Source: a virus (lineage: Duplodnaviria; Caudoviricetes). From it: a stretch of 60,503 bases of DNA. The notes beneath the pieces were generated by a model. That model made no database searches. It saw only the letters and a list, made by a program, of their open reading frames with translations, and had not been told where the DNA came from. Below, in pieces: positions 45,844 to 55,054 of the stretch (its first letter is position 1; each line of letters starts with the position of its first letter). The DNA is taken from IMG/VR virus record IMGVR_UViG_3300051212_001597, positions 1 to 60,503 of that record; one strand, 5' to 3'. The position numbers were made by a program, and so were the translations under genes.

Positions 45844-46196
45844 GATGGTAAAAGATCTACATCAAATGGCTTTCTCTTGAAAGACCCTGTCCTTAGAGCA
45901 TGAAGAAAACCGTTAACTCTACCATATCCCCACTGCTGTGGCCCTGTAACGTTTGGTCTTACACTTTCAGGATTGGTTTTATATGCACCAACGCCTCTTC
46001 TAAAAACGGCCATTAATGTTTTTGTAGATGTTTTTTTGCAAGAATCTTGACCATGTTTTTCATTATGGTCTGCCGCCTTTTTAGCTAGAGTTTCTCTAAC
46101 TGACTTGCTCTGCTCTTCGCCTAAGGCAAAAAAAATAACATCTAAAAAACTTAGATTCACTTCTGACATCGGTACTTCTATATCTTCATTGTTCAT
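45813..46196 (-). CDS. DUF5824-like protein
   Basis: VFRRGVGAY...RP...QQWGYGRVNGF. Confidence 0.6.
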   Translation of the reverse strand: MNNEDIEVPMSEVNLSFLDVIFFALGEEQSKSVRETLAKKAADHNEKHGQDSCKKTSTKTLMAVFRRGVGAYKTNPESVRPNVTGPQQWGYGRVNGFLHALRTGSFKRKPFDVDLLPSCHPQRKKKK

Positions 46197-46425
46197 TTTT
46201 ATTGTTTCTTTTAATCAATTCTTTGTAAGCCCAAAGTAAAGCTATTACAGCAACAGGAGCATACCAAAAAATCCAACCGTAACTATTACCACCCTGACCA
46301 GAATCTATACCCTTTTTAATTGCATATGTCATAGGCGAATCATTTCTTTCATCTGGAATGAATTGTGGTCCAGAAAAACAAGAACTCATAATTAGTGTTA
46401 GATAAATTATTGTTAGCTTTTTCAT
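46186..46425 (-). CDS. Small membrane or lipoprotein-like protein
   Basis: Signal-like N-terminus ending MSSC; C-terminal transmembrane segment. Confidence 0.55.
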   Translation of the reverse strand: MKKLTIIYLTLIMSSCFSGPQFIPDERNDSPMTYAIKKGIDSGQGGNSYGWIFWYAPVAVIALLWAYKELIKRNNKNEQ

Positions 46426-46859
46426 GTTTTATTTCCCGCAGAGGCGCTTCCAAAATAAAAACCAACAATACTCAAAAGTATTTGCCTGTATTCTCCAGCA
46501 TACAGATATCCGTTTATCTCAACGAAAAAAGTTTTATTAAAACTAGGTATAAATCCTAAGAAATATTCTGGAGACTCTGTTTGAACTTCTACGAAAGTTG
46601 GTATTCCAAAAAACGGTAAAACGAATGGCGCGGCTAATGTGGCAAAAAGAACAGTAAGAACTATAAGTTGTCTTACGCCCTTTCCAATATCTATTGGCAC
46701 TCTTTTAACAGCGTTGTCCTTAGCTTTTTCTTTTTGTTCGTTTAAAGCTATAAGCCTCTCAAAAAGCTGCTTGTCGTTATCTCTTTTCTCTGCTAGATAA
46801 CGAAAAACAAAGCCTGTTATTCCGCCACCCAACATAGAAAGGAGTTCTACAGGTATCAT
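46422..46859 (-). CDS. Putative holin-like membrane protein
   Basis: Three hydrophobic segments, C-terminal IVGFYFGS. Confidence 0.55.
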   Translation of the reverse strand: MIPVELLSMLGGGITGFVFRYLAEKRDNDKQLFERLIALNEQKEKAKDNAVKRVPIDIGKGVRQLIVLTVLFATLAAPFVLPFFGIPTFVEVQTESPEYFLGFIPSFNKTFFVEINGYLYAGEYRQILLSIVGFYFGSASAGNKT

Positions 46860-47374
46860 GATTTATCTTTATTGAATTTTGATATTTTTTTATGCATCTG
46901 TTGTCTATTTGAGCAAGGCATAAAATAATTTGTGTTTGGTTTCAAACCAGGCTGTTTCCCATCTATATTAAAAAATCTTTGTATTGTATCGCAGCCTAAT
47001 TTTCTTGCGAGTTTTCTAGCTGCTTTTTTCTTCGTAAATGTATATGATTTATAATCTTCCTTGTCAATTTCTGAAGATGTATAATCAGTTACACTCTTTT
47101 TCTTTTCCCACATTCTGCAAGACCAGTATCTAGCCTTCCACTTTGGACCTGGATTGTCATCACAGCTGTGTCTCGATCTAAAATTCTTTCTCCTGTTGTC
47201 GCTGTCTCTTTTTATTTCCATGTTTGGATCGCCAAACATAACACGAACAACGTTTCCTTTATCATTTTTCACATAAACGTAAAATTTTTTCTTTCCGTAG
47301 CCAGGATCGCCTTTGCCTATCCGCCTAGGCTTGTTTAAAGTTACATTTTTCTTATCCATTTTTGACCACCTCAT
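46856..47374 (-). CDS. DUF5754-like basic protein
   Basis: KKFYVYV...FGDPNM...RRKNFRSRH.C...KARYWSC. Confidence 0.65.
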   Translation of the reverse strand: MRWSKMDKKNVTLNKPRRIGKGDPGYGKKKFYVYVKNDKGNVVRVMFGDPNMEIKRDSDNRRKNFRSRHSCDDNPGPKWKARYWSCRMWEKKKSVTDYTSSEIDKEDYKSYTFTKKKAARKLARKLGCDTIQRFFNIDGKQPGLKPNTNYFMPCSNRQQMHKKISKFNKDKS

Positions 47375-47681
47375 TTATAAATGAAATAAACGAATTTGCT
47401 TTGGATTTTTTAATCTTTGCTAGTATATTTCTAGCCCTGTTTTGCAGCTTAGATTTTAGCGCCGCTGGTATCTTTGCTTGTGGTATTCTAGCAATAGCAT
47501 TTCTCACATGTATAATATCTATCTTTCCGCTAGCATCCTTATAAGGAAAGTGTCTTAACGACCTTGGGGTAGTCTTCCCTTCCGAGTCTTTCTTACCACC
47601 AGGCTCAATGTACATGAATGCCGAGTCTGGCAAATCGTTTTTATATTTTGTTGTCCATACTGCCGATATAGATTTATCCAT
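47352..47681 (-). CDS. DUF6582-like protein, probably head-associated
   Basis: NDLPDSAF...LRHFPY.D...HVRNAIARIPQ. Confidence 0.65.
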   Translation of the reverse strand: MDKSISAVWTTKYKNDLPDSAFMYIEPGGKKDSEGKTTPRSLRHFPYKDASGKIDIIHVRNAIARIPQAKIPAALKSKLQNRARNILAKIKKSKANSFISFINEVVKNG

Positions 47682-48606
47682 TTAATAAAGCCTGTTGTTG
47701 CTGAATTCTTTCTTGTATTAACTGCTGTATTTCACTATCAGGCATATCGGCCAGAGCCGCTCCTGAACAAGTAAGCGCTGCCCCGCCAGTTACCGCAAGT
47801 GCTATTGGTGCGGCTGCTCCACCAGTAAAGACTATTATTGCAACCGCACCCACACCAAGCGTAGTCCATAGAGCCACTTGACCCCAATCTACACCTGCCG
47901 TTGGTCCTTGCGTAGTTTGACAACCGTACTGGCGCACCACACAATCTGTAGCCCAAGCAGCCGCAAACTGTTCATTAAATTTTGTGAAAATAGCACCTAA
48001 GGCTAAACCAGGCTCTAATACTCCATCAAGCACTTTTTCAAAGTTTCCAAATACATCCACATCTTCAATACCACCAAAAGGACTAAATTCTATCAAAAGC
48101 TTTAAAAACTTTTTAAACTCTAGATTACAGTTCCCATCAGAAATTATGTTTAAAAGATCGCGCATCTCTTCAAGAATCTGTGCTATTGTTCTAGCAAACA
48201 ATACAAGTGATCTACTTGATGCTTCTCTAGGGTCGTTCAGAACTGTGTAAAATTGTCCGGCTAGATTATTTCCTGACATTGATTGTCTAAATAGATTGAA
48301 AAAAGCCTCTAGCTCATCAATAATTTTTTTCATTCTTGGATCTTTAAAATACTTTAAACAATTTGGTGGTAAATTTCTTAACCATTCAACGATTTTAGCA
48401 ATAGCCGCCATGCCGAAAAAAGCAAGAGAGCCTATAATCCAACCCCCTTCAACCTCAATATTACTTATTATTTCATTTAAGCCCAAAAACGGATCTTCTA
48501 CAACTTCCAAACTTGGTAAAGCTGTGATACTATCAATGCTGACATCTTCATTCGCGGCAGTGTTAAGTAAGAATTTAATATTTAATTGTTTTTTATTGTT
48601 TTTCAT
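47674..48606 (-). CDS. Helical protein with hydrophobic C-terminal hairpin
   Basis: VDWGQVALWTTLGVGAVAIIVFTGGAAAPIALAVTGGAAL. Confidence 0.7.
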   Translation of the reverse strand: MKNNKKQLNIKFLLNTAANEDVSIDSITALPSLEVVEDPFLGLNEIISNIEVEGGWIIGSLAFFGMAAIAKIVEWLRNLPPNCLKYFKDPRMKKIIDELEAFFNLFRQSMSGNNLAGQFYTVLNDPREASSRSLVLFARTIAQILEEMRDLLNIISDGNCNLEFKKFLKLLIEFSPFGGIEDVDVFGNFEKVLDGVLEPGLALGAIFTKFNEQFAAAWATDCVVRQYGCQTTQGPTAGVDWGQVALWTTLGVGAVAIIVFTGGAAAPIALAVTGGAALTCSGAALADMPDSEIQQLIQERIQQQQALLNG

Positions 48607-48860
48607 AAAACCTGCTCTAGTTGATCCTCTGTTTTTACCAAAACATCCCCATTTTTGTAAGTATTTCCAAAGTTTTCAACTTTATAGTGGATTAAGTACC
48701 CAGAATTGTTTGGCAGACTTTCAATCTTTACGACCTTTCCAACGCTTCCATAATGTAAACACTTCGTATTTATGTTCTTAACAGTATCGCCAACCATGAA
48801 TCCTTTATAGCTAGCGGTTAACTTGTTAAGGAGTTTTTGTATTGATCTTGATAGGGACAT
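48603..48860 (-). CDS. Small KOW/SH3-like protein
   Basis: FMVGDTVKNIN..C.HYGSVGKV. Confidence 0.6.
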   Translation of the reverse strand: MSLSRSIQKLLNKLTASYKGFMVGDTVKNINTKCLHYGSVGKVVKIESLPNNSGYLIHYKVENFGNTYKNGDVLVKTEDQLEQVL

Positions 48861-48875
48861 TTAACTAACCCAATA

Positions 48876-48885
48876 GTGTATACAC
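48876..48885. promoter_or_regulatory. Palindromic GTGTATACAC, bidirectional copy of the motif
   Basis: Lies in the 29-bp gap between divergent genes 48860(-) and 48890(+). Confidence 0.6.
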
Positions 48886-48889
48886 AATT

Positions 48890-49501
48890 ATGCCAACACA
48901 TCAGATCCCAGGTGATTTCTTAGATTTTGTTAAAGAAACTTGCGCTAGAAATGGCATTAAGCTTAAGATAGGCAGGGGCAAGTCTGTTGTTATGAAACCT
49001 TTTGGGTTTAGAGTTTTAGGATATTTTGACGAAGGCGGTTCAATACTTGCATGTGCCAGCGGAGGGTCCGCACAAGATTTTCTTTCAACACTAGTTCATG
49101 AGTTTGCGCATGTTTTACAGTGGATTGAGGGAGACAAAACGTACAAGTTCTGCGATCATAGAAAATATGGCAGTGTTCAAAATGCGGTTTGTATGTGGAT
49201 AAATAATGAGATAACTTTGAATAATAAAATCTTAATTAGGTACACTCAAAAAATGATCGATTGTGAATTAAACGCAGAGAGAAGAGCAGTAAAACTAATA
49301 AAAGAATTCAATCTTCCAATTGATCTAGACATATATAAATCTAAAGCTTCAGCCGTTCTTTATAGTTATTGGGTTTCAATAAAAACCAAAAAATGGGACG
49401 CTGAGATAGGTAAAAAGCAAATGGCTGCCAGTGGAAGATCGCTTAAAAGGTCTTTTAGGAGTCTTCCAAAAAACGTCGAAAGATCCTTCATAGGCGCCTA
49501 A
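48890..49501 (+). CDS. HExxH metallopeptidase-fold protein
   Basis: GYF...LVHEFAHVLQW...CELNAERRA. Confidence 0.7.
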   Translation: MPTHQIPGDFLDFVKETCARNGIKLKIGRGKSVVMKPFGFRVLGYFDEGGSILACASGGSAQDFLSTLVHEFAHVLQWIEGDKTYKFCDHRKYGSVQNAVCMWINNEITLNNKILIRYTQKMIDCELNAERRAVKLIKEFNLPIDLDIYKSKASAVLYSYWVSIKTKKWDAEIGKKQMAASGRSLKRSFRSLPKNVERSFIGA

Positions 49502-49509
49502 AATGATTC

Positions 49510-50160
49510 ATGGCGAACAATAAGAATTTCGTTGTTTTTGACTTAGAAACTAGCGGGTTAGATCCTAAAGACGGCGCTGAGATTGTTCAGATATCAGCTG
49601 TTGCTTTAAAATATTCTGACTACTCTGAAATAGAAAATGGTAGGTTTGATATACTTATAAAGCCCCAAAAGCCTGAAAAGGCTAGCCCAGACGCCATAAA
49701 GGTGATTGGAGAAGATCTCTGGAATAGGGCTAAATCTGACGGCCTTCACCCAAAGGTTGGTATAAGAAAGTTCAAAGAGTTTTTAGACTCTGTTAATCAG
49801 ACAAAGAAGTTTTGGACATCCCCAGTTCTTGTTGGCTTCAACATAGTAAACTTTGACATACCATTCCTTAAGCACCAGATGCTTGAATACAAGATAATAT
49901 CAGAAAAAGATGATTTGCCCTGGTCTAACATGCAAATAGACATGTTTCCCTTGATGTTTTGCATATTTGGAAGAGACGGTTTGAAAAACAACAAGATGGA
50001 CACGTATGCAGAGATAATAGGACTTAAGAGAGCAACCGCAAATCACGACGCTGCTGAGGATGTAGACATAACAAAAAAGATGTTCCAAAGATATATGAAC
50101 TTCATGAACTTTAAAATAAGACCAAAAATAAACGCTCAAAAAGAAACCCAAGCAAATTAA
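49510..50160 (+). CDS. dnaQ: DnaQ-like DEDDh 3'-5' exonuclease
   Basis: VFDLETSGL, GFNIVNFDIPFL, HDAAEDV. Confidence 0.9.
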   Translation: MANNKNFVVFDLETSGLDPKDGAEIVQISAVALKYSDYSEIENGRFDILIKPQKPEKASPDAIKVIGEDLWNRAKSDGLHPKVGIRKFKEFLDSVNQTKKFWTSPVLVGFNIVNFDIPFLKHQMLEYKIISEKDDLPWSNMQIDMFPLMFCIFGRDGLKNNKMDTYAEIIGLKRATANHDAAEDVDITKKMFQRYMNFMNFKIRPKINAQKETQAN

Positions 50161-50161
50161 A

Positions 50162-51679
50162 ATGACATTTGAGACATCAAACATATCGTTAAAAAACGAC
50201 AAGGCTTGGCGGCTAATACAGAATGGTCACACTATAGGCGTATTCCAACTAGAGAGTGATCTAGGCAAGAAATGGTCTGCTACAATAAAGCCCTCTAATA
50301 TAAATGAGCTTAGCGCCGTAATATCATTGATAAGACCTGCATGCCTAGAATCTGGAATGACTGAGACTTATTCAAAGGTAAAAAGTGGCTTAATTGAGAA
50401 GCCCGATTACAATGATGAGTCTGTTAATTCGATACTGTCCCCGACAATGGGCGTTCTTATATATCAAGAACAGCTTATGAAATTTGGTGGCGAAATAGCT
50501 TGGAAGGATCTTCCATACCTTGATAGACTTGTGATTGTTGATAAGCTTAGAAAAGGCATTGGTAAGAAGGATCAAAAAATAATTATTGATCTTAGAGACA
50601 AATTCATAGCAGGATGTCTTAAGAACGGCAGATCAAAAGAAATGGCTGAAAAGCTTTTTTCTCTTATCGAAGGTGCTGGCAGATATGCTTTCAACGACGC
50701 TCACGCTAAAAAATATGCGCTTTGGGCTTACAAAACAGCCTACGTAAAAGCCAACTTTCCACTTGAATTTTATTGCGTCTATCTAACCTACAGCAAAGGT
50801 AAACAGAAGCCTAGAGAGGAGATAGAGGCTTTGATAAACGAGGCTAAGATGCTTGGGATAAGCATAGAAAAACCTTCTGTTTCAAATTCAAATTTTGACT
50901 TCTCAATAAAAGATGGCGTCATTCACTATGGCCTATCTCATATAAAACAGGTTGGTGAGTCTGATGCCGAACTGATAGAATCTCTTAGACCAGCTAGTTT
51001 TACTAGTTTACTTACCACACACTTCGCGTCTTCAGAAAAAATAAGATCACTAGCCCTAGAAAGCCTTATAAATTGTGGGGCTTGCGATGAATACGGACTA
51101 TCTAGATCGTGCATGCTATCTGTCTACAACATGCTTAAGCAATTAACTCAAAAAGAGATCGAGTTTATTTTCTCAAAAATAAATTCAGAAAGCGGAGTTC
51201 TAGATTTGATTGAGGCTGTTAAAAAATGTTCTGTTGAACAATGCGTAAAGAAAAGAAAAGACATAGTTATGTCAGAAGCTTTGTCAATTGACATAAAGTC
51301 TAGCGACTCTGCAGTGATTAAAAATTCTGTTGAAAAAGATCTTCTTGGAATAGCCTTTAGTTATGATTACAATGTAAATGTCGAAGACGACTGGAGTTGC
51401 AAGGAGTGTTTCAATAAAATGCGTGTCAACAAAAACATGATTGCGAATCTAACTGTAAAAATAAACGATATCAAGATTACAAAAACAAAAAAGGGCAAAG
51501 ATCCTGGCAAGGATATGTGCCAACTTTCTATTGCAGATAACACTGGTTTTATAAACGTGGTTTGCTTCCCCGACACATACGAGAAATTTAAAAACTCTAT
51601 AGCGGTTGGTTCATACTACTGCGTAGTGCTTAAGGGAACTGGATTCGGTTGGTCTGTAAATTCAATTAAAAACGTATAA
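50162..51679 (+). CDS. dnaE: DNA polymerase III alpha, C-terminal part (fingers, HhH, OB)
   Basis: GVFQLES, LIRP, LIYQEQLM, LRKGIGKK, YAFNDAHA, YVKANFP, YGLSHIKQVG, OB-fold end. Confidence 0.92.
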   Translation: MTFETSNISLKNDKAWRLIQNGHTIGVFQLESDLGKKWSATIKPSNINELSAVISLIRPACLESGMTETYSKVKSGLIEKPDYNDESVNSILSPTMGVLIYQEQLMKFGGEIAWKDLPYLDRLVIVDKLRKGIGKKDQKIIIDLRDKFIAGCLKNGRSKEMAEKLFSLIEGAGRYAFNDAHAKKYALWAYKTAYVKANFPLEFYCVYLTYSKGKQKPREEIEALINEAKMLGISIEKPSVSNSNFDFSIKDGVIHYGLSHIKQVGESDAELIESLRPASFTSLLTTHFASSEKIRSLALESLINCGACDEYGLSRSCMLSVYNMLKQLTQKEIEFIFSKINSESGVLDLIEAVKKCSVEQCVKKRKDIVMSEALSIDIKSSDSAVIKNSVEKDLLGIAFSYDYNVNVEDDWSCKECFNKMRVNKNMIANLTVKINDIKITKTKKGKDPGKDMCQLSIADNTGFINVVCFPDTYEKFKNSIAVGSYYCVVLKGTGFGWSVNSIKNV

Positions 51680-51696
51680 AAAACTTTTAGGCTTAC

Positions 51697-51702
51697 TATA
51701 AT
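51697..51702 (+). promoter_or_regulatory. Putative -10 element (TATAAT) upstream of ssb
   Basis: Intergenic; followed by SD GAGG. Confidence 0.4.
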
Positions 51703-51719
51703 CTTTCACGAGGTAAAAC

Positions 51720-52145
51720 ATGGCAAATTACAATAAAGTTATTCTTGCAGCAAACTTAGTTTCAGATCCAGAGCTTAAGAACGTTGGAGACTCCAATGTT
51801 GTTAGATTTAGAGTGGCTATTAATAGAAAGTTCACGACTAAGTCTGGCGAAAAGAAAGAAGAAAGCACATACATTGATTGTGAGATGTGGGGTGCTAGAG
51901 CTAGTGTCATTTCTGAGTATATGACAAAAGGCGACCCAATTCTTATTGACGGAATTCTAAAACAAGAGAATTGGGAAACAAAGGATGGAGAAAAGCGAAG
52001 CAAGCACATCATAAGCATTCAGGATTTTGAGTTTATGAGCAATAAGAAGACTGCCGCAACAAGTTCGTCTTCTAACCATGCAGTAAAAGAGAATAAGCGG
52101 CCAACAAGAGAAGCAGCAGCGCAGCTAGAAGATATTCCATTCTGA
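51720..52145 (+). CDS. ssb: Single-stranded DNA-binding protein
   Basis: NKVIL..NL..DPEL, W..KDGEKRSK, acidic tail EDIPF. Confidence 0.95.
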   Translation: MANYNKVILAANLVSDPELKNVGDSNVVRFRVAINRKFTTKSGEKKEESTYIDCEMWGARASVISEYMTKGDPILIDGILKQENWETKDGEKRSKHIISIQDFEFMSNKKTAATSSSSNHAVKENKRPTREAAAQLEDIPF

Positions 52146-52241
52146 TGAGCGAAGTAAAACTAGAAAAATTTTTAGAATTTTTAAGATCTCAGGGGCTGTT
52201 GAAAAATACGGCCCCTGATAACATGGAAATAATAAAGCAAT

Positions 52242-53960
52242 ATGCAAATCACGCAACAGCAGGACAACATAAAAGAGTTTTACCAGGGTACGAAGGATTC
52301 ACACAAGGATCGAAAAAAGCGGGTCCTACTAGTAGGTGAATTTAGTCAATTAAATACTGGCTTCGCTGTTATGGCGAACGATCTATTGAAAGAGCTTCAC
52401 GCTAGTGGAAAATACGAAGTTGCTGAGGTTGCTTCGTATATTCAAGATGACGACGCTAGAATAGCAAGCCTTCCTTGGAAGGTTTATCCTGTAATTCCAA
52501 CAAACCCTCAAGATAGAGAAAACTATAATAATAATTATAGGACTGCGCAGTTTGGTTCTTTGGTTTTTGATAGAGCCGTGCTTGACTTTAAGCCAGATAT
52601 TGTTTTCTCATTCAGAGATTTTTGGCACGATGAGTGGATTACAAAATCTCCGTCTAGATATTTATTCAACTACGTATGGTCTGCATGTGTTGATTCGGAG
52701 CCACCAAAGTTAGAGTGGATAGGCGTTTATTCTAGCGTAGATATGATGTCTTCATATACAAATTGGGGCCTTTCTGTTCTAAAGGAATACTCTGGAAGAA
52801 AAATTAGAACAGCAAATGTAAACACAATGCCAGGTGTAGATAGGGATATATTTAAAAAATCTGACAAAAGCTTAGCTAGAATGAAGCTAGGTCTAAAAGA
52901 TGATATAAACATCGTTTTGACTGTAATGAGAAATCAACCTAGAAAGCTTTTTCCAGACTTGATGTACGCATTTTCAAAGGCCTTAGACGATTGGAAAAAT
53001 GCAGGTAGAGATGATATAGCTGAGAAGACTTATCTGTATCTCCATACTAGTTACCCAGATGTTGGCTTTGATATCGGAAAAGACATTATAAAGTATAAGC
53101 TTGGATCAAAGGTTGTTATGACTTACTGCTGTGAATACTGTAAGTCATTCTTTGCTTCATTCTTTAATGGAGAGGTCTGTACTTGTAATAACTGCGGAAA
53201 CTTCACTGCTCACGCTCCAAATACCGTTTTAGGTTTATCTAGACAAGATTTAGCTACAATATATAATTGCGCCGATCTTTACTGTCAACTCAGTGTGGCT
53301 GGCGCCTTAGAGATCCCTCTAATAGAAGCTAAGGCTTGTGGCGTACCTACTATCTCTACAGAGTACGCTGCAATGAAGGAAGTAAGCTCTTTAGGCGGAT
53401 CTTATGCTGAAGTCCCAGTCGCTTATTGGAGAGAGGAGTCTACCAATGAAACTGGTCAAATACGAGCAATGCCAGATCCAGATTATTGTGGAGAAAAGAT
53501 ATTTTCTTTCTTCCAAGAGTCTTCGGAGTTTAGAGATTATATCTCAAATGAAGCTTTAAAAACCGTAAATACCTACCATAAAAATCATACAACTTATGAA
53601 AAATGGGATCATATTTTTGAATCAATGCCAAAACTACCAGATGCTAGATGGTATTTGGAGCCAAATATTATCGATACATCTAGAATTGAAATTGATTCTA
53701 TAAACAACGATGAAGATTTTATTGATTATTTAATAATGAATTTTTCACCACCAAAATCTTCTCTTAAGTCATTTGCTGGAAGAAAAGAGTTTCACACAAT
53801 GCTAAAAAGCAAAGTAAAGAACTCACAAGAAAGATTTTCTAGAAATGATATAGCTGATATGATTAAAGGTATTGCTAATCAATTCAATATATTTGAACAA
53901 TACAGATATAAAATTTGTAATAATATCTTAGAGCAACCAAAGAGGTTTGAAATAGTATGA
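52242..53960 (+). CDS. GT4-like glycosyltransferase with CxxC-CxxC insert
   Basis: TGFA, VMRNQPRK, CEYC...CNNC, IYNCADLY, IPLIEAKACGVP. Confidence 0.85.
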   Translation: MQITQQQDNIKEFYQGTKDSHKDRKKRVLLVGEFSQLNTGFAVMANDLLKELHASGKYEVAEVASYIQDDDARIASLPWKVYPVIPTNPQDRENYNNNYRTAQFGSLVFDRAVLDFKPDIVFSFRDFWHDEWITKSPSRYLFNYVWSACVDSEPPKLEWIGVYSSVDMMSSYTNWGLSVLKEYSGRKIRTANVNTMPGVDRDIFKKSDKSLARMKLGLKDDINIVLTVMRNQPRKLFPDLMYAFSKALDDWKNAGRDDIAEKTYLYLHTSYPDVGFDIGKDIIKYKLGSKVVMTYCCEYCKSFFASFFNGEVCTCNNCGNFTAHAPNTVLGLSRQDLATIYNCADLYCQLSVAGALEIPLIEAKACGVPTISTEYAAMKEVSSLGGSYAEVPVAYWREESTNETGQIRAMPDPDYCGEKIFSFFQESSEFRDYISNEALKTVNTYHKNHTTYEKWDHIFESMPKLPDARWYLEPNIIDTSRIEIDSINNDEDFIDYLIMNFSPPKSSLKSFAGRKEFHTMLKSKVKNSQERFSRNDIADMIKGIANQFNIFEQYRYKICNNILEQPKRFEIV

Positions 53961-55054
53961 AAATAGCCTATATATCCGTATATAAAGACGGCACTGGTTA
54001 TGGTAATGCCGCATTATCTATGATAGAGTCGATAAGTAAGGCTGGACATGATGTTGTTCCAATCTGGATAACTTTAAATAAGACTCCATTTAAAAATAGT
54101 GATTTTGTTTCTAAATTGGAGAATAATAATTTAGACGATTGTGATATCGTAATACAACAATGTTTACCAGATATGTTTGTTAGAATATCTGGAGTAAAAA
54201 ACATAGGCTATTTCTTCTGGGAAACTGATAGTTTTAATTCTTCTGGATGGAAATCTGGATGCGAGTTGATGGACGAGATTTGGGTCACAACTGAAGAACA
54301 GTTTTTAGCTTGTGTCAATTCAGGTGTTAGTAAATCAAAAATCAAAATAGTAGACCAGCCAAAGGAAAAACCAAAAACAAGCAACTATTTGTTTGATCTT
54401 GGAAAAGAAGTTAAAAATACATATAAATTTTATACAGTATCTGATTACTCAAATAAAAAGAATGTAAACGCACTTATACATGGGTTCCTTACAGAATTTT
54501 CTGTTCACGATAATGTTTCTTTAGTTATAAAGAGCTATGTCAGCGGTAAAAGTAAATCAGAATCATCCGCTTACATAAAAAACGTAGTATCTGAGCTTAA
54601 AAAGCAAATAGGTAAGCGCGAGCAACTTTATCCCAAAATAGTTTTGATAACTGAAATGCTTTCTGATGACGATCTTTGTAGTCTAGAAGATACTTGTGAT
54701 TGTTTTGTGTCTATGTCTAGAGGTGAAGGGGAAGGCTTACCGCTTTGCTCTGCTGCCATGCGAGGTAAGCCAGTGATAGCTCCCAAAATATCTGGAATAA
54801 AGAAAAACTTTTTATATCAAGACATTTTAATATCTTCATTCACTCCTAAAAAGGTTTTTGGAATGAATTCGGATCCTTACTACAATTGGCAAGAAAACTG
54901 GCTAGACCCATCTACAACCGAACTATGTGAAAAAATGAGGTTTGTTTTAGACAATCCTGAATTAGTTAAAAACATAGTTGAAGAAAATAGAAAATTTCTA
55001 GAGGACAATTTTAGCATAGAAGCTTGTGCTAAAAAAATGGAGGCCTTGATATGA
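53957..55054 (+). CDS. GT4-like glycosyltransferase
   Basis: TGYGNAA, FWET, KKN, SRGEGEGLP. Confidence 0.85.
   Translation: MKIAYISVYKDGTGYGNAALSMIESISKAGHDVVPIWITLNKTPFKNSDFVSKLENNNLDDCDIVIQQCLPDMFVRISGVKNIGYFFWETDSFNSSGWKSGCELMDEIWVTTEEQFLACVNSGVSKSKIKIVDQPKEKPKTSNYLFDLGKEVKNTYKFYTVSDYSNKKNVNALIHGFLTEFSVHDNVSLVIKSYVSGKSKSESSAYIKNVVSELKKQIGKREQLYPKIVLITEMLSDDDLCSLEDTCDCFVSMSRGEGEGLPLCSAAMRGKPVIAPKISGIKKNFLYQDILISSFTPKKVFGMNSDPYYNWQENWLDPSTTELCEKMRFVLDNPELVKNIVEENRKFLEDNFSIEACAKKMEALI

Noticed and set aside
44150-50230. Split intein joining the DnaE halves
   Set aside because: Neither end carries intein splicing motifs, and the extra residues are too few.
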